Origin: Ginglymostoma cirratum
Lineage: Eukaryota
Length of the DNA stretch: 64,000 nt
Assembly (NCBI GenBank): GCA_024137785.1
Contig: JAHRHZ010000009.1
Coordinates: forward strand, 40,490,257-40,554,256
Reading direction: 5' to 3'
The stretch's first letter is position 1; each line of letters begins with the position of its first letter. The notes beneath the pieces were generated by a model that had not been told where the DNA came from, made no database searches, and worked only from the letters and a program-made list of their open reading frames with translations. Of the stretch, positions 49,040-60,543 are shown piece after piece. Made by a program: the position numbers and the translations under genes.

Positions 49040-50110
49040 ACGGTTGAATGATCGACTGAGCTCCATAATAATGAGGTGCTGCCTACTCAATGCAAGCTGA
49101 TTCTCAGAGGACAGGTGCCTTAGCGCCACATGGAATGGATGGCAGCACTACATGCTGCAATGTCCTAAAAGTTGCACTGCAGTCCAACAGTAAGCCACTT
49201 AGGCTCAGATCTGAACATGCCTATACATGCTTATAAACTGTTCATGTTTCCATTGTGATCACACTTTTTTTTTGTATTCCTTCATGGGATGATGGCATCG
49301 CTGTTTAGGCCAGCATTTATTGCCCATCCTAGAGGGCAGTTAATAGTCATACACATTGCCGTGGGTCTAGAATCACAAGTAGGCCAGACCGGGTAAGGAT
49401 GGCACTTTCCTTCCCTAAGGGGCATTCGTGAACCAGATGGGTTTTTCCTGACAATAGATTCATTGTCATCATTAGATTACTAATTCTGGATTTTTAATGA
49501 ATTCAAATTCCGCCATCTGCTGGATTTGAACTTAGGTACCTCAAACGATATCTGGGTCTCTGAATTAGACTAGGCCATTGCTTAATCTTTCTCTTTGTCT
49601 TTCTGTAAGACAAGATCACCCAATATAGGAAGGAGTGAGTCCAGACTTGTAGAGGCCTGTCATGTACACATTGCCTTCCTCCTTTCAAAAAGCAGGGCTC
49701 AGGCCTGGCAGGGTGACTATGCCATGACCAATGTGGAGACAGGACTCTCTGGAAGTTACTGAGAAATCCTCCAGTCTGTTCTACACAGGCATAGAAACAT
49801 TTTTTTACATAGGGGATTCAGCATTTTCAGCATATAATTATTTCTCTTCTTCTCCACATGAACTTGTGGTAAACAGGAGAGGAAGAAGCAGTTGATACCA
49901 GAATCTTACCCAGCAGCAGCAGCATATCAACGAGGATGGTGTCTCTAAAATCTTAGTTAATGATACAGCATGGCATTCACCTGAACCCTCCTCTAGCCCA
50001 GAGAAATTCACCTCAGTGAGTGCATAAACTCAGGTAGGCTATAGATGGCAATCCAATGAGCACATCACTGACCTGAGTCCACAAGTTCAAGAGGAAGTAG
50101 CTGGTATTTC
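49040..50110 (+). mobile_element. Possible Harbinger Myb/SANT-like second-ORF remnant
   Basis: After an acceptor-like tract at about 49590-49607: DKITQYRKE*VQTCRG....LPPF resembles K.AHNRRE..QTGGG....LTPFE. Confidence 0.4.
49265..49582 (-). mobile_element. tRNA-like SINE (same family as 27997-28344)
   Basis: TTCATGGGATG..GCATTTATTGCCCATCC..AGGCCAGACC.GGTAAGGATGGC..TAGGCCATTGC. Confidence 0.82.
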
Positions 50111-51079
50111 TTCAGCACTGGTTCCTTAACACTCAGTTGCAAGAAAGCCCAAAGAAAAGCAAGATTGTAATGTAATGTAACACCATTCCTTTCAGAAGAT
50201 CCACAAAGCCAGTTCATTGATGCACACATTTATCATTCTACTTGAAGTTTGCCCTTGAAACCTGCTCCTTGATGCTTTTGTTCAGGAGTGGACCTAGCAA
50301 TGTTCCTCCCTGATGTCCTCCACAACATGCAGCATGGCAAGGTATATATGGTGTGAGACCAGATGATAGGTGCTTATGATCAAATGTTCAGGTATATGGA
50401 GAGAGTGAGCTTTCAACAGCATGCTTAAAGCATGCCAGTTCACCTTCCCATGTGCAATAGTCAGCTTCTGTTCAGGGATGCTGCAGCAGAACTAAATTTT
50501 CCTTGAAATATAAGTTCTGCAACTACACTTCACTCTTCCCCTCACCTGGCATGAGCTTCCAGCTGGGATTGCAGAACTTTCAGTCCTTATATGATCTCCC
50601 TCCACCACCTGGTATCCTTAAGTCTGGCATCTCTCTCCTTTACACTATGCCTGCAACTGTACCTCACAGGTCATGAGATTCCAATCAAAAGACACATTTT
50701 ATGATATAGCTTTTTGCCTTGCAATTTGGAAAATTTTCAAGAAATACAAATTGAAGGGGAAAGTGAATATTTATATTACATGAGACAAGTGCAGTTTGGC
50801 TGCAAAGTGGACACTGCTTGGTAGAGTTGTTGTCATGGAGAATGCACCCATTAATGCTGATTGATAGTTTTTCACATCGGAATGTGTAATTTCTGATTAG
50901 TCTCCAATGGCATTGCTACTGGATAGTGCCATGATGGCTATGGACTTTGATGTTTTCTGCTTTTTGGTAATATTTTAGTGTATAAACTTACAAAGCACTT
51001 TATCATAATTGCGACAGATTCTAATGTTAAAAAATTTAAAACTATTAAAACTACTCCAGCACAACAGGTTTTGGAAAAA

Positions 51080-51450
51080 AGGCAAAAACTTAGATAGATT
51101 TGGCACCTTTCATGATTGCAGGATATCTCAAAGTACTTCAAAGCAAATTAATTATGTAAAAAACATAGTCACTGTGCAAAGACAGATACAATGGCAACCA
51201 CTCTAAGCAGAGCAGATTCCACACAAGATTCCACACTAGTTAACCAGATCATCTGTTGTTGTGTTGTCGGTTCAGGGAGATATGTTGGCCAGAACACTAT
51301 AAGAACCTTTCTTTTTCAAATAGGAATGTGGAAACTTTGATATTCATCTGAAGGGCAGATATCATCCAGTACTAACAGCTAACTCAAAAGGTGATAACCC
51401 TGACATTGCAGCAATTCCTCACTACTATGTAAAAGCTTCATCCTAGGATT
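51080..51450 (-). mobile_element. Deu-domain-like SINE, old
   Basis: ATGTTGGCCAGAACAC..TTCAAATAG..TTCATCTGAAGGGCAGA..TGACATTGCAGCAATTCCTCA blocks. Confidence 0.55.
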
Positions 51451-52323
51451 CAAGTCTAACAGCTCAGGATGATATTGGATTCTTTCTGTTTGTTGCATTT
51501 TTGCACTGAATTGTTTATTAATTATGCATCTTTTGCCTTCTGTTTCCTGGCTCCGTCTATGTTATTTACCTCTAATCACCCTATGTTTTGTTTTGGCACC
51601 TGATTCCACACCCACAAACTTTATTTTCAAAACTGGACTAAAAATGCTTGTAACTACTTTTTTAAAGGTCGGTTTCAATTTTGCATTTTTACACCTTACA
51701 CTTTATTGATTTATTCTTAGTTTCTACAGTTGTCGGTCTTCAAAAAGTATGAATTAATTATAACATTTTGAATACCCATGTGAGCACAAAGAAAGGTCCA
51801 CAAAATCTTCAAGTATCTAACCTGAATTATGTATATCACGTGGCGTATTTAATAATAGCAATGATCTCTGGAAATAACAGCCAGCGCTCTCGCTTGTCTT
51901 CCTCTATCTCTGTGAACTGAGCTGAAATATTTCAACTCTACATACTTATACCTCCCCTTCACATAACTCCAATCCTCCCATTACTCCACTTCCTTAAAGG
52001 TAATTTTATCATTTTCTACTTTAACAGATTCTGCAAAAATAAAGACCTGATTCTAGCAAGACCAAAATTGCAATAGAAGTCATACCCAGACATGCTTGCA
52101 TCACCTGCAGAGTGAGTAGAAATTCATGCGGCGATAACAGTGAATTGCATTTAGGTAGTGGTTTAAATGTACTAATGTCTCTGAATGTCTCTTAAATGTC
52201 TCTGAAATGTAAGTATGCAAGCTTTGATGTTGATAACAGACATAGTACAGGTGATCATAAGTTGGGCAAGAGTCGAAGACCACAGATGGATAAATAGGAG
52301 GTGTTCAGTAAAGGAATTTCATT

Positions 52324-52612
52324 CACAAAATCCCTAAAGTGCAGATAGAGGGCATCCAGCCTTCTTCAGAATATCCCACCCTAATCCTGTAACCCAACAT
52401 TTAACATAGTTAACCGACCAAGCCTGCACACTATGGGCAATTTAGCTTGGCCAACCCACCTAGCCTATGCACCTTTGGATAAGCAGATAACCTGGAGGAA
52501 ATCACGTGGGGAGAACTTGAAAACTCCACATAATTGCCCAAGGCTGGAATCAAACTTAGGTCCCTGGTACTGTGAGGCAGTAGTGCTAAACACTGAGCCA
52601 CAATATCATCCC
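52324..52612 (-). mobile_element. HE1-like V-SINE
   Basis: CTATGGGCAATTTAGCTTGGCCAA..AAACTCCACA..GTCCCTGG..CTGTGAGGCAG..GTGCTAA.CACTGAGCCAC (tRNA head on minus strand). Confidence 0.85.
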
Positions 52613-53069
52613 GTATTCCTTGGTACCCACAAGGTTGAAAATAGATTTGCCAATGATGGGACAAATAAAACCAAGAATGTACAAGAGGACTAAATTGGAC
52701 AAATCCTCAGAGGTCTTTTAGGGCTGGAGAATGTTGCAAAAACAGAAAAACTGATGATTCCAAGAAGGAATATAAAAACAAAGCTAAGAACTTTCATAAC
52801 AACAGAAAGTGCTGGAGAAAATCAGCAGGTCTAGCAACTGTGGAGAGATAAATAGAGTTCACATTCAAGTCCAAAATGACAAGAGATTTAAATTTGAAGT
52901 GTCATTAGGCCAAGAGCCAGTGTAGGTCAGTGAGTACAAGGATGGTGGGATCATAGAGATTAATGTAAGCTTGAGGAAGACAGCGAAGTTTGGATGAGCA
53001 CTAGTTGACAGAGGATGAAAGATGGGAATTCAGCAAAGAAAACATTGAAAAAAATCAAGTCTGGATGTA

Positions 53070-53480
53070 TCAAGTCTGGCAGGCTTCCTAGCATTTGATT
53101 TGCTCTTGTAACAGTATTAATATAGCTCGTCCAATTCAGTTTATGGTCAATGTTAAACCCCAAGATGTTGATTATGGGGATTTCACTGATGAAAATACTA
53201 TTGTCTGTCAAGGGGCAACAGTTGGATTCTCTCTTATTGGAAACATTTATTGTTTGGCACTTGTATGGTGTGAATGTCACCTGTCACCTGTCAGCTCAAG
53301 CCTGGGTATTGTCATTTGACAATGACTTGCTTTATTATATGAGGGCTCATGATGATGCTGAATATTGTGCAACCATAAGCAAACATCCCACTCATGACCT
53401 TATGATGGAAAGGAAGTTATTAACGAAGTAGCCCAATGGTCATGCCTCGGACAGTAGGAACTCCTACAAAAATGTCCTGG
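53070..53480 (-). mobile_element. Fragment of the LINE family at 37650-40633
   Basis: Minus ORF TFTPYKCQT..SNKRESN..INILG..ID.KLNWTSYIN. Confidence 0.7.
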
Positions 53481-54699
53481 AATTAATCTCTTGTCAGTGA
53501 ACTGAGCGATTGATAAGCAGGGTCCTTGTGCCTCTAAATGATTTAGAATGCTTACTTATCTTTTTTGAGGTAATAACATGATTATTGCATTGAGTTATTT
53601 TTGGATGACATTTGTAAACCATCAGGACTTTAATGGCTGATCCATACTTGATTTGTAACTACAGTATAGAAGTATAGATGATCACTTTAATAGTTCCTGT
53701 CATTTTAAAGATTTAATTTCTCTCATTTTCACTTTTTTTGGACACACTGTGCTAATATTACCAGAAATCTATTGCAAGTTTCAAGGAAGGTTTCTCTCAG
53801 TGAGGCCTGGTATGCTATCCTGCGCCATTGTCCCAAATACAGCTCATTAACTATGGACTACCCCATAGGTGCTCAGCTTATCACAGTCTTCCACTCATCA
53901 TTGCCAGGATATCCTAGGACCGCTGGCAGTAGTGCCATATTTGAAACACAGCCTGTATCCGGTGAAGTATTGGTAGTCCAGAGTTGACTTTCTCTCTGCA
54001 TGCAGTGGAACAGCAAACACAAATCAAGGACACATAAGTAGCATAGCTGACACTTCATTGCACATACAAAGTATCACATCAATCACAGTTTATGAAGCAA
54101 GTCACAGAGTTTGCTGGGCCATTTCCTCATCTCACCTTACAACACTCTCTATATCAGTGCTATATTTTCCTCAATGCCCATTATAGCATTAATAAAGCAT
54201 GGTACAGCAATATGTCCACTCCCTTGACCCACGGCTTTTTGAAAACCATGTCCAGCTGCCTGGCCTGGTGCCTGCACTACTCAGCAAAAGGAAAATCAAC
54301 AGTTTTCTGTGCTTTTAAAGTGGTGCTGAGGATGCAAAGTATAAAAAGGCAAGGCAATAAAGTGGGAACAAAGTTACTGAGTATGAAGAGAGACAACTAG
54401 CAGCCCTGAGATGCACCCAAGTTGAATCCATGAGATGGATGCCTGTTCGTGTATGCAAAGTGTCCTGGCAAGACTATTGCAATGAAAGGTGCCAGTGTGC
54501 TCCAAAGTGCAACATTAAAGTGTATATTTGCATTGAAGTGGTTTGGAAATATGCCCTGAGGATGCAATGAGGCTGGTATTTGTTGGATGGAGATACAGTG
54601 ATCACTGCCCATGGAACATGCCAAGACATATTGATGTGTGCGTCCAGGATGGAAGTTCGGAAGAGCAGTGGTGAGCTGGAGTCATCAGGTACCGCTTTG

Positions 54700-55497
54700 A
54701 CTTTTACGTTTGATTGTGAATTCTAATGAAATTGAAATGATAAGAAATTCAGAACTGTGCAGGATTAGAGAGATTTGGGAGTCTTTCTACATTGTTTCTG
54801 ATCAGCTCAAATTTGAGCTAGTATTCATTCATCTGATCAGAGACAACTGACATTAGACTCACTGGACAGTAATTGCTTGGTTTCCCTCCCTCACACTTCT
54901 TAAATAATGGTGTCTTTGACAATTTTCTAATCCAACTGCCCAATTCCCAAAATACAAATCACTAAAAGTTAGTGCACAGGTACAAAAATCAATCAGAAGT
55001 CCAGAAGAATGTAATCCTCCATCTAACTGAGACCAGAATACAAAAGAGAGGAAACTATATAATTGCAAAAACTCTCTGTGTTCACATCTGGAGTGCTGTG
55101 ATTAAATGTAGGCACATCACTGCAGATATGTTATATTGCCCTTGAAGGGGCTATTTCACAAATTCACCAGAATGATACTGGACTATGTTATGTTGTGAAA
55201 AGTTGCACAACTTGGTTTCTACTTGGCTTCTATTTGATTTCAATATCCTTTCATACAGCAGATTTGGGGGTGGGATGTAATTCAATTGTGGTGTTCAGAA
55301 TATTAAAAAGGATTAAATAGGGGCAGTATAAGAAAGTTACTGCTCTGATAAGGGAATCCAGAGTAAGTGGTATGTTCTTAAAATTAGTGATAGGGCATTA
55401 AGGATTGAAACCAGGTGTCATTGGAATCCCTAAAAGGCTTTGAATACTGTCACAATTGAAGTTAGTAAAGCTGAGATCAATAGAATGTTGTTGGATA
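54700..55497 (+). mobile_element. Old CR1 LINE RT C-terminal remnant
   Basis: GAGAGATTTGGGAGT (RDLGV), CATCTGGAGTGCTGTG (HLEYCV-like), TTCACCAGAATGATA (FTRMI). Confidence 0.6.
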
Positions 55498-56101
55498 AGG
55501 AATACCTTCATTGGAAGGGGCACTGAGAATAAGGATAGGCGAGTTATGCTACAGATTTATAGAACTTCAGTGAGACCATTCTTGGATTCTTGCATACAGT
55601 TCTGGTCACCACACATTCAAAAAGACATAGATGCTTTGGAGAGGGTATGGGGGATTTTAGCTATGAAGAAATGTTGCATATACTGGGTTTGTTTTCACTA
55701 GAATGAAGGAGGCAGAAGGGCGACCTAATAGAAGTTTATAAGATTGCGAATGAAGTGGATAGCGTGGAAGGCTTTTCCCCAGGATGATGGAGTCAATTAT
55801 GAGGGGACACAGGTTCAAGTTGCAGGGTTTGGGCAGGTGGGGGTGGAGAGTAGTTTAAAAGAAATATGCAATGCAAGCTTTTCACACAAAGGGTATTGAG
55901 TGCCTGGAACACTTCTCCAGAACAGGTGGTGGAAGCAGACACATTAGCAGCATTCAAGAAATACCTGGAAGAATACACAAATAGGAAGGGAAGAGAAGGA
56001 TACGGATCTATAAGTGAAGTATGGAAGCGTGAATCGTGTTGGTGCAGGCTTGGAGGGCTGAAGTGCCTGTTCCTGTGCTGTATTGTTCTTTTTTGTTCTC
56101 T
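55498..56101 (+). mobile_element. Younger CR1 3' fragment nested in the older CR1
   Basis: FIGRG..YRTSVRP.L..CIQFWSP, FTQRVLSAWN; flanking direct repeat TTGTTGGATA at 55488-55497 and 56102-56111. Confidence 0.82.
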
Positions 56102-56594
56102 TTGTTGGATAGGTGGAGCAAAGACAGATAAATGGGTCAAATAGTCTCTCATTGCACAGTAACAATTTTGTGATTGTGTAATAAACTTGATCAGTCATGA
56201 TCAAAATGAATGCCCTGCAAGAGGGTTAGAGTTAGCCCATCTTTGATGGAAGAGACATTAGCAGGATTGGACTCTCTAATATTGTCAATCTTGCTGTCTT
56301 TCAATGGATGATGTGTAAGGGTACAGTGGAGCAAATATTTGTTCTGAGCACTCGATAAGATTTTTTAGGTTGAGCAGAGAACAGAAAATTGAAGGGCACA
56401 ATCCTGTTAATGTCCCTTCCATTAACGATGTAAATCTGCTTTATTTGTTTTTCTGAAATACCTTGGCTTATTGTTGTGTTTGTATATTCCTCCTAAATAG
56501 TTGCCCACTGTTTGCTAATGTAGCACATTAACGTTTGACTGTTATCTAAAGGTGAAAATTTGTTTGTGATGAAAGCGTCCTATTACCTCCACAC

Positions 56595-56778
56595 ACTAAT
56601 TGCAGGTACAGTTACAATGTTTAAAAGACATTTAGATGAGTTCACGAATAGGAAAGTTATGGAGGGATACGGGCCAGGACCAGGTAGTAGAGACTAGTTT
56701 AGTTTGGGATTATGGTCAGCATGGAGTGATTGAACCAAAGGGTCTGTTTCCACGCTGTATGACTCTATAACTCTATAA
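56595..56778 (+). mobile_element. CR1 3' end fragment
   Basis: Matches 19720-19885 (GAGGGATACGGGCCA..GGGTCTGTTTCC..GACTCTATAACTCTAT tail). Confidence 0.8.
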
Positions 56779-57929
56779 TATGCATATAGACCTCTTGGGA
56801 GGTCTTCATAAAATTCTACACCAAATTGGCCCAGTTAGTTTTCTGCTGCCATTCACTTTTTGGTAATCCAGTTTTGTGGACCCATTCAAAATAAATTATT
56901 CTGTATACATTTCAAGAATACTAGCTATAAGGACTTCCAGAATCTAGATATTTTAATCGAGTTTAAAATATACCACAGTTACATGAATGATATACCAAAT
57001 TAGTTGTAACTTCAATACATCAAAAACGAAGCAACCTATAATTGTTGACTTTTCATTTGCTTCTATTGTAGTAGAAGTTATGACATTTGGATTGTACCAA
57101 CATGTTAGCAGCATAATCACACACCCTAACAAATATGATTTAGGTTTACTTATTTTTACGAAAAGAGAAAATTTGCCCATCGTTTGAAAATGATGTCTCA
57201 GACTCATGTGGGATTGAGCATTAAGAAAATGTATTTTAATATTTTAAGACCAGTAATGCCTGTCATTTAAAACAACTTTATTTTCAGTGTTCCCAAAATG
57301 ATTAATTATTGCTGTTAAAGATGTGCCCTTAGAGACTCAAACAAATTCTGAAAGTGTTTTAAAATCAGTCATCAAAATCAAAGAAAGAATGAGGCTGTAG
57401 GAAGAATGCAACCTACTCAGAGTAGTTACAATCCAGAAGAAATTAATTTGGGTGCAACTACCTTCAAATGAAATGATTTAAATTTTATGCCATATTGTCA
57501 GCGCAGTACTGAATTGTTATTTGCAATTACAAGATACAAGTGCTGAAGTTACCGTAAATTGTAATCATAAACAATCGAATGCAGAATGAAGTGTATGTGG
57601 TCTAAGTTAACCTGTTGCCAGTGACAATGATTTGCGCCAGATTACCTGAGAAATAACATACTCTCAAACTGACAGTACAAATAACATAAAAATTATTGTC
57701 TAGTTCAGGTTAACCAAATCTTTTTCAAGCTCTTGTTTGCATTTTTCCCTTAAATTATTACTGTCCTCTAAGTGACCCTTGTCTGGATTCTTGGCTAAAG
57801 GTTACAAATCAATTGATATGGTTTTTGAACGTTATAGTCTTTCCGATAGCCCTATTTTTACAGTCTACATTTAATTGAAATTTTTCTTTCACATTTTACT
57901 AATAAGCAACTTCTTACAACTACCACATT

Positions 57930-58100
57930 GAGTCAAAGAGTCATACCACTTGGAAACAGACCCTTCTGTCCAACTAGCCCATGATAAGCATAATCTCAAA
58001 TTAAACTGGGATCCATTTGTCTGCTCCTGGTTCATATCCCTCCAAACCTTTCCTATTCATGTACTTATCTAAGGGTCTTTTAAATGTTGCAATGGTGCAC
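57930..58100 (-). mobile_element. CR1 3' end fragment
   Basis: GGAAACAGACCCTTC.GTCCAAC..CATATCCCTCCAAACCTTTCCTATTCATG. Confidence 0.75.
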
Positions 58101-59629
58101 ATATGTGTGCTTGATTCATCTATTTAAGTCTGGATTTAGGAGTGAGCCAATGTAAAGCAGGTAATCTCACACAAGCATAATACTTTCATTGGAGTCTGCC
58201 TATTATCTATCACTAAACACGTTCTTCATGCAGGGTACTTATCCATGAAAGGGAAGATCTGAGGATTTCTCTACATATTTGGATGTTGCTCCTTTGGGAA
58301 CAATGCTAGACAATGGGGTAATCAGTCGGGGTAGAATAAAGGTGTGGGTGATGTTCATGAGCCGTAGGATGGATCAGTAATTAAACATCAGGGGAAGGTA
58401 GGGAGAGAGGTCAGCAAACCTAGATGTCAAGGCAAAGGGAAGGAGATCAGAGAACTTAGAGGTGCAGGGTGACCAAATGGGGTGGTGTGTGGAATGAAGA
58501 TTAGTTAATAGCAAATCTTGAAGTCAGGACTCACAGTTTTGAAAGTAAGAGTGATCAATAAAAAATGTGCATTCAGCCTTGATCAGGGGAAAGTGATTTT
58601 GCAATAAATGACCTCAAATAGGGGTTAGCTTTCTCATTTTTTCTCTGCAAAGAGTGTGGCATCTGCTTCTAACCTATGTAAAGAATACTTTTTGCTTATT
58701 GTTGTTAGTATTTTTACGAGCAACATATTTCCAGCCAGAGGTTTCCAGTCAGAACTTTACAGCCTGAAGAACATCTGAAGAATGACTGTCCTTTAAGGCA
58801 GTTTCTAGTCCATAATATTCTTCTTCTTGTCACTTCACCTTTCCTCGCCACTGGACCAGGCAAATTCTGGCTTGAGAGTTGGCTTCAGTGTTGCACAGAT
58901 ATGTTAGTGGAGGTCATGCTAGATGTCTTACTATTTGGGATGCTTTCTGCTCTCACAGTTGACAGGATATGTTTGGCTATATTCTCATTTCTGCAAGACA
59001 ATGTCACAGCAGTAGACACCAGTCCTGAAGAGATTGAGGCACAGCTAAGTAGGCCATATTTCACGGCAGCCTGATGAAAAAGATTAATCTGGGGCACGAG
59101 GCAATTCAAGTCCCTTCATCTATAGATATTTGCCTAGTCACCCTACAATCTAGGAGTTGGGCTGTCTGTCAAATGCCACCCCCTTGACTTCAGCCTCTTT
59201 GGTGGATGCTCTTAATGGATGACAAGGGTTCCTGATCTGTTTTGTCCTGTCTATGCTTGATGTAACCCACTTTGTTATGTTGAATGCAGCAATATCAGCA
59301 AAAGGTCCAGGGTGTCCTCTTTAGTACGTGCCAGGTTGCCAGAAAGAGCTGTAAATGCTACATTGATTTCAGAATCAAACTTCTTGGAATGAGCACAGCA
59401 TTCCCAGATTGAGCATTGGATGAGTAATACCGGGCAGGGGTAGTTGCTTGTAACGTTTTCTAGTCAGTTACCCTATATAAAATGGCCGGCTTCCTTAAGA
59501 AACTGCCTTTACTTCTGTGGCATAGTCTTTATTGCTTTGAGTACAATCTAATATTGCTACAAGATAGTTTAAAAGTAGAATTATAAACTCTGAGGTGAAT
59601 AGTGGAAGAAGGCCAGCAGGTCATAGACA

Positions 59630-60540
59630 TGTTGGTAGAGTGGGTAGATAGGTAGGTGATGAATGTCACTGCAGGGAAGTCTGAGATGATGTATTTTAGT
59701 AGAAGGAACTTTGAAAGCAAGATAAATAAGGGGTACAATTCTAAAGGGCATCCAGGAACAGAGGGATCTGGGTGTATATATGCACGGATTATTGAAAGTA
59801 GCAGGACAGGTCAAGAGAGTACCAAGTAAAGCATACAGTACCCTTTATTAATAGGGGCATAAAGTACAAGAACAAGGAGGCAATGTTGAATGTGTATGAC
59901 ACTTTACAACTGGAGTATTTTGTACAGTTGTAGGCACCATATTTAAAGGTAGGATGTGAATGGATTGAAGTGAGTACAGACATGATGGGTAAAAATAGTT
60001 CCAAGAATGTGGAACTTCAATGATGAAGACAGATTGAAGAGGTTGAGACTGTTCTCCTCGGAGAGAACAAGGTTAAGAGGTAATCTAATCAATGTTTTCA
60101 AAATAATGTGGGCTGGATATGGCAGGCAGAGAGAAAATGTTCCTGCTAGCAAAGAAAACAAGAACAAGAGGGCCTAAATTTAAAGTGATCTGCAAAAGTA
60201 AGTGTGATGCAAAAACAGAGATAGTAGGAACTGCCGATGCTGGAGAATCTGAGATAACACGGTGTGAAGCTAGATGAACACAGCAGGCCAAGCAGCATCG
60301 GAGGAGCAGGAAAGCTGATGTTTTGGGTCGAGACCCTTCTTCAGAAAAACCCGAAATGTCAGCTTTCCTGCTCCTCTGATGCTGCTTGGCCTGCTGTGTT
60401 CATCCAGCTTTACACCGTGATGTGAAAATAGTCTGTTCTCACTAAGCAAGCAGTTAAGGTATGGGACTTACATTTAAGTACATGGGAAGTACATTTAAGA
60501 GACATTTAAGAGACCATTCAATGGCTATTTGGATAAAAAT
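59630..60540 (+). mobile_element. CR1 LINE 3' part, interrupted by hairpin 7
   Basis: QEQRDLGVY, FINRGIKYK, QLEYFVQL, RLKRLRLFS..RLRGNLI motifs. Confidence 0.8.
60216..60416 (-). mobile_element. PLE terminal-repeat fold-back insertion (hairpin 7)
   Basis: Inverted arms; one full hammerhead on the minus strand and a half motif on plus; TSD GTGATG(CA/TG)AAAA at 60204-60215 and 60417-60428. Confidence 0.88.
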
Positions 60541-60543
60541 AAA

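Noticed and set aside
52560-52612. tRNA gene
   Set aside because: tRNA-derived SINE head followed by the V-domain, not a standalone cloverleaf.
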